NCBI GenBank assembly: GCA_947462815.1
Contig: CANHQR010000007.1
Location: forward strand, 8,769 to 72,768
Direction: 5' to 3'
Origin: Pseudobdellovibrionaceae bacterium
GTDB lineage: Bacteria; Bdellovibrionota; Bdellovibrionia; Bdellovibrionales; JAMPXM01
Length of the DNA stretch: 64,000 nucleotides
This document shows, in pieces, positions 18,895 through 28,928 of the stretch. The number at the start of each line of letters is the position of its first letter. Positions within the stretch are counted from its first letter, which is position 1. Position numbers and translations under genes: made by a program. The notes beneath the pieces were generated by a model that did no database searches, had not been told where the DNA came from, and was given only the letters and a program-made list of their open reading frames with translations.

Positions 18895-20409
18895 ATGACA
18901 TCTAATCCCCCCTTCAAAAAAGTTCTGATCGCGAATCGCGGTGAGATCGCCTTGCGCGTGATTCGCGCTTGCCGCGAGCTTGGCATCGCATCGGCGGCCG
19001 TGTACTCGGACGCCGATCGAAACTCACTGCATGTGTTATTGGCCGACGAGGCCTACAACATCGGACCTGCACCTTCCAAAGAGTCGTATCTCAACATCGA
19101 CAACATCCTAAAGGCCATCAAGCAATGTGGCGCCGATGCGGTTCACCCCGGCTACGGCTTCTTGTCGGAGAATGCGGAGTTCGCGGAGGCTTTGAAAAAG
19201 GCGGGCGTCACTTTCATCGGCCCGACTCCCGACAACATTCGCGCCATGGGCGATAAGATTTCGGCTATTCGCCTCATGCGAGATGCCGGAGTACCCACGG
19301 TTCCCGGCAGCGGCGGTCCTGTCGACACGATTGAAGACGCCAAGAAAGTTGTCGAGAAGATCGGCTTGCCGGTCATGATCAAAGCAACAGCCGGTGGCGG
19401 CGGCAAGGGCATGAGAATCGTGCGCGAGATGAGCGAACTCGAAAGCTCTTATCGCGCGGCGCGCAGCGAAGGCTTGAACTACTTTAAGAACGATACGGTC
19501 TACATCGAACGCTTCATTCAGAACCCGAAGCATATTGAAGTACAAGTCTTCGGCGACCAGCACGGGAATGCGGTCCACTTGTTTGAGCGCGAGTGCTCGA
19601 TTCAACGACGGAACCAGAAGATCATCGAAGAGTCGCCTTCGCCCTCGGTTCCACATGAAGTGCGCCATCGCCTCGGTGATGTTTCGATCAAGGCCGTCAA
19701 AGCCCTTCGCTATCAAGGCGCAGGAACTTTTGAGTTCATCTTCGATAACATCACCAAAGAATTTTTCTTTATGGAGATGAACACGCGCTTGCAGGTGGAG
19801 CATCCGGTCACCGAAATGGTCACCGGCATTGATTTGGTGCAAGAGCAGATCTTTGTCGCCGCAGGACGCCCGCTGTCGTTCAAACAAGAAGACGTCGTAC
19901 AACGCGGCCATGCGATCGAAGCTCGAATTTGCGCTGAGGATCCGCTGACCTATCAGCCCTCGCCCGGCCTGATTCGTCGCTGCCGCCACCCACAGGGCCC
20001 GTTCATTCGTTTGGACTCTTATGCTTACCCTGGCTACGAAGTGCCGATCTTCTACGATCCGATGGTCGCCAAGCTCATCGCTTGGGGACCGAATCGCGAG
20101 ACGGCGATTCGCCGGCTAGATCGGGCCCTGACCGAGTTCACACTGACCGGCATTAAGACCAACATTTTGATGCACAAGTCGATCTTGCAGTCGCCCAAGT
20201 TTTTGGACGGTAGCTATACGACACAGTTCTGCGACAAGGACCTGGAAATCAAAATGCCGAAGCTCTTCCGCAGTGTGGATGATCACGTGTTTCTCATCAC
20301 CGCAGCCATCGCGGCCTACAATGAAAAGCGCGCCAAATCGGTTTCGGATTACAACACCTTGAGCCGCTGGCAGTCGGTCGGTCGATCGACGACGCTGCGG
20401 GATCAGTAA
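18895..20409 (+). CDS. Biotin carboxylase subunit (acyl-CoA carboxylase alpha, BC part only)
   Basis: 504 aa. KVLIANRGEIALRVIRA, an ATP-grasp domain (GGGGKGMRIV) and EMNTRLQVEHPVTE are present. There is no biotinyl domain in this ORF. Confidence 0.9.
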   Translation: MTSNPPFKKVLIANRGEIALRVIRACRELGIASAAVYSDADRNSLHVLLADEAYNIGPAPSKESYLNIDNILKAIKQCGADAVHPGYGFLSENAEFAEALKKAGVTFIGPTPDNIRAMGDKISAIRLMRDAGVPTVPGSGGPVDTIEDAKKVVEKIGLPVMIKATAGGGGKGMRIVREMSELESSYRAARSEGLNYFKNDTVYIERFIQNPKHIEVQVFGDQHGNAVHLFERECSIQRRNQKIIEESPSPSVPHEVRHRLGDVSIKAVKALRYQGAGTFEFIFDNITKEFFFMEMNTRLQVEHPVTEMVTGIDLVQEQIFVAAGRPLSFKQEDVVQRGHAIEARICAEDPLTYQPSPGLIRRCRHPQGPFIRLDSYAYPGYEVPIFYDPMVAKLIAWGPNRETAIRRLDRALTEFTLTGIKTNILMHKSILQSPKFLDGSYTTQFCDKDLEIKMPKLFRSVDDHVFLITAAIAAYNEKRAKSVSDYNTLSRWQSVGRSTTLRDQ

Positions 20410-20422
20410 GGAGGAGGCCCTT

Positions 20423-20977
20423 ATGTTTTTCGAAGCTGATCTCGGTGGTGACCTCACGAGGCCCGGACAAACCAAGCCCTACAAGATCGAAGTGAACGAG
20501 ACCAAGAACTCTTGGAAAATCGCTCTGCAAGAAGAGGGTGGGGAGTGGGTTCGCTACGAAATTTCTAAAGATGACTATCGCATCGTCGAGAACATCGTGA
20601 ACCTCATTTGGAATGGTGGATCATATCTGATCGACGTCTACGGCTCAGGCATCGACTACACCGTTTACACACGTTCGAGTGTGCGCACGGTGAAGATCTA
20701 CAACGACGAAGCCCTGCTCCATGAGTCTCTGAAAAAGGGTTCGCTGATCGGCGGAGGCGAAAATCTTGTCGCTGGAATGCCCGGCAAAATCGTAAAGGTG
20801 TTGGTGAATAAGGGCGATGTTCTGAAGTCGGGACAGCCGGTCCTCATCATGGAAGCGATGAAAATGGAAAACGAAATGCGCGCTTCAGCGGAAGTCCGCG
20901 TTAAGGACATTTTGGTGAAGCCGGCTGATTCCGTCGAGTCAGGACAAACTCTTGTCTTGTTTGAACCGGTGAAGTGA
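20423..20977 (+). CDS. Biotin carboxyl carrier protein (biotinyl domain with ~110-aa N-terminal extension)
   Basis: 184 aa. The C-terminal biotinyl-lysine motif is [18 protein letters not shown] precedes the start. Confidence 0.8.
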   Translation: MFFEADLGGDLTRPGQTKPYKIEVNETKNSWKIALQEEGGEWVRYEISKDDYRIVENIVNLIWNGGSYLIDVYGSGIDYTVYTRSSVRTVKIYNDEALLHESLKKGSLIGGGENLVAGMPGKIVKVLVNKGDVLKSGQPVLIMEAMKMENEMRASAEVRVKDILVKPADSVESGQTLVLFEPVK

Positions 20978-22581
20978 TGGCGAAAACGCGCAAGGAAAGC
21001 TTCCGGACCTCGAGTGGTATTGAGATCAAACCCGCCTACAACGCCGGCGATTGGCCCGGTTTGAACTCGACGGCTTCTGAGGACCTCGGGGAACCCGGTC
21101 AGTTTCCGTTCACGCGCGGTGTGCAGGAAAGCATGTATCGTGGTCGGCTCTGGACGATGCGGCAGTACGCCGGTTTTGGTTCGGCGCGCGAGTCCAATGA
21201 GCGCTATAAGCTCTTGCTTGAAAAGGGTCAGACCGGGCTAAGTGTGGCCTTCGATCTCCCGACGCAAATGGGATACGACTCCGATCACGTTATGGCGACG
21301 GGCGAAGTTGGAAAGGTCGGCGTGGCCATTTCGTCGATCGAGGATATGGAAATTCTGCTGAAGGACCTTCCTCTCGATAAGGTCTCGACCTCCATGACCA
21401 TCAATTCGACGGCGGGAATTCTCCTCGCGCTTTATATTGCGGTGGCAAAGAGGCGCGGCGTCAGCGCCCATCAGCTCACTGGGACTATTCAGAACGACCT
21501 ACTCAAGGAATACATCGCTCGAGGCACCTACATTTATCCGCCTCGCCCGAGCCTACGCTTGATCACCAACATTTTTGAATACTGCGCCAAGGAAGTTCCG
21601 AATTGGAACACCATTTCGATTTCGGGATACCACATTCGCGAAGCTGGCTCGACAGCCGCGCAAGAAATCGCCTTCACGCTCGCCAATGGCATCACCTACG
21701 TTCAAGCCGCCATCGATGCCGGCCTCAATGTCGACGACTTCGCCGGACGACTTTCGTTTTTCTTCAACGTGCATAACAATTTTCTTGAGGAGATCGCCAA
21801 GTTCCGCGCGGCTCGCCGTATGTGGGCGAAGATTATGCGCGATCGTTTTGAAGCTGAGGACGAGAAGAGTTGGAAACTTCGCTTTCACTCGCAGACGGCG
21901 GGCTCAACACTCACGGCCCAACAACCCGAGAACAATATTGTCCGCGTGACACTGCAAGCTCTGGCTTCCGTTTTGGGTGGAACTCAGTCGCTTCACACCA
22001 ACTCCATGGATGAGGCACTCGGTCTGCCGACAGAAAAGGCCGCGACCATCGCTTTGCGCACCCAGCAAATCATCGCACATGAAAGCGGCGTCGCCGATGT
22101 GATTGATCCCTTCGCAGGATCTTACTTTGTCGAGTGGCTGACGGATGAGTTGGAGCGCCGTGCGACAGAGTACATTGCCCGCATCGAGGATTTAGGCGGT
22201 GTCGTGAAGTGCATCGAGACCGGCTGGATTCAGCGGGAGATCCAGCAGGCCGCCTACGAGTACCAGCGAGCGGTTGAAGCGAAACAAGAGATCGTCGTCG
22301 GCGTTAACGATTTCACGCAAAACGAGACACATCGGCCGGACGTTCTCAAGGTGAGCGAGGCCACAGCGCGCGAACAGATCGAACGCCTGAAGAAATTTAA
22401 AGCCAGTCGCGATCAAGTGATGGTCGCGAAGCACCTGGGTCGAATTCAACATGCAGCCGAAGGTGAAGCCAATCTCATGCCCCTCTTCGTCGAAGCGGTT
22501 GAGAACAAGGTCACTCTCGGTGAGATCGCCGATGTCCTCAGAAAAGTCTTCGGCCTCTATCGAGAAACCATCACCATTTAA
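20977..22581 (+). CDS. Methylmalonyl-CoA mutase, catalytic (large) subunit without B12-binding domain
   Basis: ~534 aa. [28 protein letters not shown] and SGYHIREAG are present; the protein ends after the TIM-barrel/linker. ATG 20977 overlaps the BCCP stop (TGATG). Confidence 0.85.
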   Translation: MAKTRKESFRTSSGIEIKPAYNAGDWPGLNSTASEDLGEPGQFPFTRGVQESMYRGRLWTMRQYAGFGSARESNERYKLLLEKGQTGLSVAFDLPTQMGYDSDHVMATGEVGKVGVAISSIEDMEILLKDLPLDKVSTSMTINSTAGILLALYIAVAKRRGVSAHQLTGTIQNDLLKEYIARGTYIYPPRPSLRLITNIFEYCAKEVPNWNTISISGYHIREAGSTAAQEIAFTLANGITYVQAAIDAGLNVDDFAGRLSFFFNVHNNFLEEIAKFRAARRMWAKIMRDRFEAEDEKSWKLRFHSQTAGSTLTAQQPENNIVRVTLQALASVLGGTQSLHTNSMDEALGLPTEKAATIALRTQQIIAHESGVADVIDPFAGSYFVEWLTDELERRATEYIARIEDLGGVVKCIETGWIQREIQQAAYEYQRAVEAKQEIVVGVNDFTQNETHRPDVLKVSEATAREQIERLKKFKASRDQVMVAKHLGRIQHAAEGEANLMPLFVEAVENKVTLGEIADVLRKVFGLYRETITI

Positions 22582-22856
22582 GCATCATTCATGGCCCTGA
22601 GAATGTACTGTAAGCCTTCAGGTTCAAGGCCATGGGGTCTTTTGGCGCCTCAAGAACGACTGAAGGCGCGAAAGTGCTGCCATTCTTCGTCACCGGCACC
22701 CCCTGAATGCCGCCTCAGGATCACTAAAGTCTTGTTAAAATGACCTCCCGTCCTTTCGGGACGGCACCTCGATTGCTCCGTTTCTTAGCAACGAATTGCT
22801 GGATTCGCCTCGCCCACTTTCCCCGCCCCTCAGTGGACGAGTCCAAAGGAGCTTTC

Positions 22857-24275
22857 ATGTCGTGGCTTCGCTACCTTAATCTCACGCTTCTTCGCCGCGC
22901 GCGGGTCGCCGTCGCCTTCGTGGTGATCGCGGCTTCGTTGATGACGTTTTGGGTTCGACATCAAGAGAAGAAATCCGCCATCGAGGCGGCGACCGGAGCA
23001 GCCGACACCGAGCCTTCGACGCGCTCAGCTCAGCTCGCACGCTTGCCACAGATTCCTACAGCAGCCTTTGTTCCTGAATTTGATCCGCGCGTTGTTTTGG
23101 AGGATCGCGAGAATCGGATTCGCGAAGAGTTCAAAATCGAAACGATTTCCCCAGGCCTCGAAGACCGCGTCGGATTTTGGCTCAAGATTTATTCTCGGTA
23201 TGATTCAAACAAGAAAGTCATTCATCACGCGGACTTCCCATGGATCATATACAAGGTTGTGGACGTCGAACCGATAGTGAACGCCTCTCACCCGAAGCGA
23301 CGCTGGCAGCGAAACCAAGTCGCCGAACGCATCGTGAGTCGCGAAGCTAAATTGGTTCGCGAAGCGCTGAAGCTCGTTGCTGTGCGCGGCGAAAATGCTC
23401 GATCCGAAGACCCCGAAATGCAACGCGAGATTCCGCAGATCATCGAATCGCTCAGAGCGCTACCAGGAGATTTACGTCGTCAGGCCCAACGTGCGGCTCA
23501 AGAAGTGCGCGTGCAAACGGGTCAGCGTGACTTCTTTGCGGAAGGACTCGCTCGGGCACCACGCTACTGGCCCACCATGGAAGAGATTTTCGCCAAGCAC
23601 CGCTTGCCTCTCGAACTCACCCGACTTCCTTTGGTTGAATCCAGCTTCAATAAAGAGGCCCACTCTAAAGTTGGAGCCGTCGGTGTGTGGCAGTTTATGG
23701 AAAACACCGGTCGAAAGTTTTTGACCGTTACGGCCGAGGTGGACGAGCGAAAGTCCGTGTTCAAGAGCTCCGAAGCGGCCGCTCGTCTGATGAAAGAGAA
23801 CTATATGATTCTCGGTCGAAGCTGGCCCTTTGCTCTCACCGCTTGGAATCATGGTCCGGGTGGCGTACGGAAGGCGTCGCAGGTCGCGCGTTCGCGAGAT
23901 TTCGCAACGGTGATCGAGCGCTACCAGTCGCGACGCTTCGATTTTGCCTCCACAAATTTCTTCCCCTGTTTTCTCGCCGCCCTCTATGCGGAGCGATACA
24001 GTGATCGTCTGTTCCCTGACGTCGTACGCATGGAACAGGCGATCGTAAAACCCATCAAGGTTCCACGACCAACAGCCGTGACCGAAATCATCAAGGTCGC
24101 AGGGCTGTCGATGGAAGAGTTCATCTCGATCAATCCCGAGTTTGAAAAGATCGCCTTACGAAAGGGTAAGCTGCCGCGAGGTTTGATCATTCACGTCCCG
24201 TCGGACGCACGCTCTGCCGTTGAAGCATTCATGTATAGCCAAGGCTCGGAGCGCCTCACCGCAGCCAATGATTGA
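22857..24275 (+). CDS. MltD-like lytic murein transglycosylase (SLT domain plus LysM-like C-terminus)
   Basis: SLT catalytic region LVESSFNKEAHSKVGAVGVWQFM. N-terminal membrane anchor from ATG 22857 (MSWLRYLNL...). C-terminal LysM-like segment (VTEIIKVAGLSMEEFISINP...GLIIHVP). Confidence 0.75.
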   Translation: MSWLRYLNLTLLRRARVAVAFVVIAASLMTFWVRHQEKKSAIEAATGAADTEPSTRSAQLARLPQIPTAAFVPEFDPRVVLEDRENRIREEFKIETISPGLEDRVGFWLKIYSRYDSNKKVIHHADFPWIIYKVVDVEPIVNASHPKRRWQRNQVAERIVSREAKLVREALKLVAVRGENARSEDPEMQREIPQIIESLRALPGDLRRQAQRAAQEVRVQTGQRDFFAEGLARAPRYWPTMEEIFAKHRLPLELTRLPLVESSFNKEAHSKVGAVGVWQFMENTGRKFLTVTAEVDERKSVFKSSEAAARLMKENYMILGRSWPFALTAWNHGPGGVRKASQVARSRDFATVIERYQSRRFDFASTNFFPCFLAALYAERYSDRLFPDVVRMEQAIVKPIKVPRPTAVTEIIKVAGLSMEEFISINPEFEKIALRKGKLPRGLIIHVPSDARSAVEAFMYSQGSERLTAAND

Positions 24276-26892
24276 TCACCAAGGGCGTGGATGAGTCGAC
24301 CCACGCCGTGGTCGCGAAGATTCGGTCGGAGCCTTCAAGTCCGACCACCATGTTGTGCAACCCCTCTCGAACTCCAAAGACCACAAAACCTCCGCCGGCT
24401 TCTCCATAAGGCGCCGCGGTGACCTCGCCGCGCTGATCGAAGTAGACCACGCGCGTGTTCTCCGTTCGCCAAGCTTCGCTCACTTTGAGTTGGAAACGCT
24501 GACCCTGGAAAAATCCAACGACGACACCTTCAGATGGAGCCGCATTGTGCTTCACCTGACTTCTCACCCGCTCCAGCCATCCGCGCGGCAGCATGGGCAT
24601 ATTGAGATCGCGTCGTTCAGGATCCAAGATCATCCGCGTACGGATGTACTCAGGCCCAGCGTCGAGATCGAGAGCGATGTCTTGATTCGCGTGGGCGACT
24701 CTGAGTGTCGATTCTTGTGTTCGATCCACGAAGACTCGTCGACCTCGTCGATGAAGCATGGGTCGAACTTCAACCTGCAAGGGCCAGTCAGGTCGAAATG
24801 CGTCGAGACCGCGAACAAAGACTTCCGAGCCACGCGTGATTTCAGCCTCGACTTGGGCCACAGCGCTGGGACTAACGCCCACGACCAAGGGATCTGACCA
24901 TCGTGTGCCCAAGTTGATATGCAGCACATGCCCGCCCTGACGAGCATAAGGAATAACGAACCAGCCATTGTTTGAAGTTCGATCCAAATTCGTGTCAGGG
25001 ATTAGGAGATCATTAAAATAAACTACGGCCGAAACGCCGCTCGACATGGGCTCGATACGTGCACCTGCAACACCCTCGCCGCTGCGAAGCACTCGACCCC
25101 AAATCATTCCCATTTCCGCCATGGCTTGCGGAGTTGTGTCCTGGGGAGCAACCTGCTCGGCCACCAACTCGCGAATGGTCACGGCCATCTTTTGAGGAAG
25201 GAGCGTGAGTTGCGTGCTCGTGCCGACACTTGCCAAGGCCTGAGTGGGGAGATGTTCGAGAGCGCGAGCTTCCAAGAGTGGTCTTGAGCCATCTGCGAAT
25301 CTCGGGTCACGGAAATGGCCGTTGGTCTGAGCTAGTGTGCCAATGTTTGTTCCCTGCGCCATTACTCGAACACCCTTTAAGGGCTGTTGGTGCGCACCAA
25401 CCGTGTAGGCCGACCGAGCTTGTCCGAACAGCCCAGGCGCAGTGGGTGCCAAGCGAAGAGATACGCCATCAACACGCTTATTCTCAGCGCGATCACGATT
25501 CAGTTCCTCAAGTCTTGAGACAACCGAAGAAAGACTCACGCGGCCACGTCCCACAACGGTGCCCTGCGGAGTTCGGAGTTCAGCGACAAGATGGCCTTGA
25601 AGCGATTCTAAAAAAATCTCGTATCGGGCCTCTTTGACCCAAACGACGCCGGCTTCATGGAGACGACCTCGATCCTCCCGAAGAACAACAAGCGAATCGG
25701 CCGGATGAGTCAACGCCAGGCCCTCGGCGAACTCTAAAGAACCGCTCACCATGACCTGCCGATGCACTGGTGCAATCGAGGCCGGCGCAGGATTCGTTTC
25801 AAGTGTCGAACGCGAAGTTGATGCAACTGTTGTCGCATTGGAATTGAGGCCGTCGTCTTTTGGTCGGCGCGATGCGCGCGCATTCTCGAGAATCGCGGTG
25901 ACTCGCGGATCTGTCGTGGCCGGAGCAGGTCGGGACGACTCGATCTTAACCGCCTGCGACTTTGCGGAGGCGATCTGTCGGCGCTCGACCGCAGCGTTAT
26001 CAGACTGCAGAATTGGACTGAGAAAGGCCGCAAGAATTTGATCACGCGATAGTCCAACTTGCGAGGCCGAGATAACAATTGAGGGCGACTTGGGCTCAGA
26101 GACGATCGGAGCTGCCGGTGCCGGCTCTGTCGCCACAGCTCGTGGAACGATCGCCACACGAGGTACCGGCGCGGGCGCCGCTGAGGTCACGACCATCGTC
26201 GGTTCCTGAGACTGGGCCCGCTTCGCCAATGTCTCTCGATGCGCCAGCAAGCGCTCGTTGTCGCGTTGAATGTTCTGAGCAACACGAGTTCCCAGCTGCT
26301 CACTCGAAATTCTCACGCCACCGACGACACGGAAATCAGATCCGCTGGCCGAGCTCACACGTAGCGGAGTCGTGGGCACTTCAAAGCCGGCCGGCGAGTC
26401 GATCTTTGTCCATGGATCCTCACGCAGGGCCTCTTCAAGGGCAACGACAGGCGGCGCTTCGCGATCTAACTTCAGTACAATACCTTCGCTCATGACACGC
26501 TCTGTTTGGCGAGAAGTCGGCATCACGGCCTGATAGACTTGCTCGACATCGAAGCTTTGCCCGAGAAGTTGAGGACCACCCGCATAAGCGGCAAAGCCTC
26601 CGAGAATGAGGGATGATTTCGCAAGCCCCGACTGCCAAGAACTCAGGCGCGAACGATCGCTTCGACCCAGATCTTGTAATTCCTGGATGCGAACGGGCTT
26701 GAGAGCTTTAAGCTCCATCAAAAAATGGCTGGCCTTGAAGAATGGCTCTTGGAGAGAAGCCGCAGCACTCTGCCACCGAAGCTGCAACGAACTTCGCTGC
26801 AGACCCCGCTCATGCGATGTCCGATCAGCTTTCGCTTCGACCCTCGCTGAGTCGATCGATGAGTCAAAAGATTCATCGGGGTTCAGGGGCAT
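24256..26892 (-). CDS. Large membrane-anchored protein of unknown function
   Basis: 878-aa ORF with ATG at 26892. It has a ~95-aa N-terminal cytoplasmic part, one hydrophobic segment (SSLILGGFAAYAGG), a Pro/Ala/Ser-rich linker and a ~480-aa beta-rich C-terminal region. That region contains carboxypeptidase-regulatory-like stretches (GMIWGRVLRSGEGVAGARIEP). No catalytic motif recognised. Confidence 0.6.
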   Translation of the reverse strand: MPLNPDESFDSSIDSARVEAKADRTSHERGLQRSSLQLRWQSAAASLQEPFFKASHFLMELKALKPVRIQELQDLGRSDRSRLSSWQSGLAKSSLILGGFAAYAGGPQLLGQSFDVEQVYQAVMPTSRQTERVMSEGIVLKLDREAPPVVALEEALREDPWTKIDSPAGFEVPTTPLRVSSASGSDFRVVGGVRISSEQLGTRVAQNIQRDNERLLAHRETLAKRAQSQEPTMVVTSAAPAPVPRVAIVPRAVATEPAPAAPIVSEPKSPSIVISASQVGLSRDQILAAFLSPILQSDNAAVERRQIASAKSQAVKIESSRPAPATTDPRVTAILENARASRRPKDDGLNSNATTVASTSRSTLETNPAPASIAPVHRQVMVSGSLEFAEGLALTHPADSLVVLREDRGRLHEAGVVWVKEARYEIFLESLQGHLVAELRTPQGTVVGRGRVSLSSVVSRLEELNRDRAENKRVDGVSLRLAPTAPGLFGQARSAYTVGAHQQPLKGVRVMAQGTNIGTLAQTNGHFRDPRFADGSRPLLEARALEHLPTQALASVGTSTQLTLLPQKMAVTIRELVAEQVAPQDTTPQAMAEMGMIWGRVLRSGEGVAGARIEPMSSGVSAVVYFNDLLIPDTNLDRTSNNGWFVIPYARQGGHVLHINLGTRWSDPLVVGVSPSAVAQVEAEITRGSEVFVRGLDAFRPDWPLQVEVRPMLHRRGRRVFVDRTQESTLRVAHANQDIALDLDAGPEYIRTRMILDPERRDLNMPMLPRGWLERVRSQVKHNAAPSEGVVVGFFQGQRFQLKVSEAWRTENTRVVYFDQRGEVTAAPYGEAGGGFVVFGVREGLHNMVVGLEGSDRIFATTAWVDSSTPLVINHWLR

Positions 26893-27002
26893 CCATGCTC
26901 CAATGCTGTGATCTGCTCATCACAACTTAATTGCGGCCGCTCGGGCCTTTGGCTTTGAACCGCGCTTCATGCGCAGATTTTATACTGACTCATCTAGGCT
27001 AT

Positions 27003-27488
27003 TCAAAACGCGCGAAAGTCGTCAATGACGTTGACGTCGGCTGGACGGTTAGCCAGGGCCTCGCGAAGGCGGGCACCAACGGCGCGTGCGAGGTCGCGGT
27101 CCAGGCCCTCATCGCGATACTTGTTTTGGCCGCGAAGCTTAACCTGCTTTTCCACTTTGACGTCCACAGCGTAGGGGCGCCGCGAATTGAGGATTGTCAC
27201 GATTGCGCGAGCGCGAATCCGCTGATCTTCGGCCGGCTGGTCGATGTCTTTGGGATCGAACCAATCCGAAGTGATGGTGCGTCCATTGCGACTTTCATCA
27301 ATCACGCCGACGGGTACATGGTCGAGGACGACCTTACGAACAACCGCAAGGGGGAGCATGACCTCATTGATCATAGCCTTCGACTGACAGCCTTGAATGA
27401 CTAGGCTGATCCATCCCCAGAAAAAGACGAGGGCCAGGCTCTTGAGTCGAGCATGGCCCGCCATAACAGCTTGAGTACTCAACCGCAT
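27003..27488 (-). CDS. Predicted lipoprotein, unknown function
   Basis: Signal sequence with lipobox VIQGC. ATG 27488 overlaps the tal stop. No family recognised. Confidence 0.5.
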   Translation of the reverse strand: MRLSTQAVMAGHARLKSLALVFFWGWISLVIQGCQSKAMINEVMLPLAVVRKVVLDHVPVGVIDESRNGRTITSDWFDPKDIDQPAEDQRIRARAIVTILNSRRPYAVDVKVEKQVKLRGQNKYRDEGLDRDLARAVGARLREALANRPADVNVIDDFRAF

Positions 27489-28132
27489 CACTGCGGAACC
27501 TTCTCCGCATCTTTGAGGAACTGCTGAATACCCGCGTCTGTGAGGGGGTGGTTAACCAGCTGCTTAATCACCTTAAGCGGGCAAGTCACAATGTCAGCGC
27601 CAATCAAGCCTGCCTCAAGGACATGAACAGGGTGGCGAATCGAAGCCACCAAAATCTCTGTTTTGTAATCGTAATTTACGAACAAAGTGCGGATGTTCTC
27701 GATCAAATCCATGCCGACAATCGAGATGTCGTCCAATCGGCCGACGAAGGGCGAAACCATCGATGCCCCCGCCTTTGCGACCATCAGTGCCTGCAGCGGC
27801 GAAAACACCAATGTGACGTTCGTTTTTATTCCCTCGGCGGCGAATCGACGAACTGCGACCAGTCCCTCTTCGCACATCGGAATTTTCACGACGACATTAT
27901 CTGCGATTTTCGCCAACTCACGGCCTTCGGCGTACATTTTATCGGCCGTTAGGCTGATCACTTCAGCTGAAACCGGCCCCTTCACTTCGCGGCAGATCTC
28001 CGCAATGCACTCATGATGACGCTTGCCTGTTTTGGCGACCAAAGTCGGGTTGGTGGTCACACCATCCACCCAGCCGCGCAGGTTCGCTTCTTTGATTTCT
28101 TTAATATCTGCCGTGTCGATGAAGAACTTCAC
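27488..28132 (-). CDS. tal: Transaldolase type 3B / fructose-6-phosphate aldolase
   Basis: (M)[15 protein letters not shown]....GVTTNPTL and the Schiff-base Lys region VVKIP are present. AAGGAG SD precedes the GTG at 28132; the track ORF starts at an upstream TTG. Confidence 0.9.
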   Translation of the reverse strand: MKFFIDTADIKEIKEANLRGWVDGVTTNPTLVAKTGKRHHECIAEICREVKGPVSAEVISLTADKMYAEGRELAKIADNVVVKIPMCEEGLVAVRRFAAEGIKTNVTLVFSPLQALMVAKAGASMVSPFVGRLDDISIVGMDLIENIRTLFVNYDYKTEILVASIRHPVHVLEAGLIGADIVTCPLKVIKQLVNHPLTDAGIQQFLKDAEKVPQ

Positions 28133-28250
28133 CGGGAACTCCTTTTGTCTCTGCAAACAATGCTTCGGGTTTAGGGCGCTCGGTGCGAGAAATCAACTCG
28201 CGACGCTCTCGGCATCGGAAGTTAGGGAAAGTGGCCAAGGCGAAGAGGAC

Positions 28251-28928
28251 CTAGCTTCGGAGGAGATCGCCGAGCGAATAGAAGCCTGGCTTTTGTTGGA
28301 CCAGCCATTGTGCGGCGCGACAGGCGCCGCTCGCGAACACACCGCGGTCCTGAGCCGCATGCTCAAAGGTCAGAGTTTCATTCGGACCCAACGCCAACAC
28401 GCGGTGCACACCCACAACACCGCCGCCCCGCAAAGAGTGAATCTGTTCGATGCGTCGACCGGTCCGCTTTTCCGTCTCATCGCGAATGAGTTTCGCCGTT
28501 CCAGAGGGGGCGTCTCGCTTTTGATTGTGATGGATCTCCTCCATCGCAAGATCATAACCCTCAGTCCCTCGTAGAGCCTCGAGCGCTCGCAACATGATTT
28601 GAATGCCCAGGCTCATGTTCGCCGACCACAACAGAGGGATCTCCTGACTCGCTTGCCGCAATACCTGCAGCTCCTCAGTTGAGTATCCCGTCACGCCACT
28701 CACAAGTGCCAGCTTGTGGCTGAGACATTCCCGCAACACTTGCGGTGTGAACTCCGGCAACGAAAAATCGATGACCAGATCGGGCCTTTCACTCAGCGCC
28801 GCTAAACTGGATTGCGTCCGAGACAGTCCGCCGATGACCTGACAAGCGTGTTGCGGAGCCACACGCAGCACCTCCTGACCCATGCGGCCCGTGAGTCCAG
28901 CCACCACCACTTTCAGCGTGCGGCTCAC
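28251..28928 (-). CDS. dapB: 4-hydroxy-tetrahydrodipicolinate reductase
   Basis: LKVVVAGLTGRMGQ (NAD-binding) and EEIHHNQKRDAPSGTA are present. GTG at 28928 overlaps the dapA stop (GTGA). The 36 upstream codons of the track ORF overlap dapA and are rejected. Confidence 0.85.
   Translation of the reverse strand: MSRTLKVVVAGLTGRMGQEVLRVAPQHACQVIGGLSRTQSSLAALSERPDLVIDFSLPEFTPQVLRECLSHKLALVSGVTGYSTEELQVLRQASQEIPLLWSANMSLGIQIMLRALEALRGTEGYDLAMEEIHHNQKRDAPSGTAKLIRDETEKRTGRRIEQIHSLRGGGVVGVHRVLALGPNETLTFEHAAQDRGVFASGACRAAQWLVQQKPGFYSLGDLLRS

Noticed and set aside
26931-27404. 157-aa plus-strand ORF opposite the lipoprotein gene 27003..27488.
   Set aside because: It has no signal, motif or SD. The minus-strand frame has a start overlapping the tal stop and a clean lipobox, so the plus-strand ORF is treated as a shadow.
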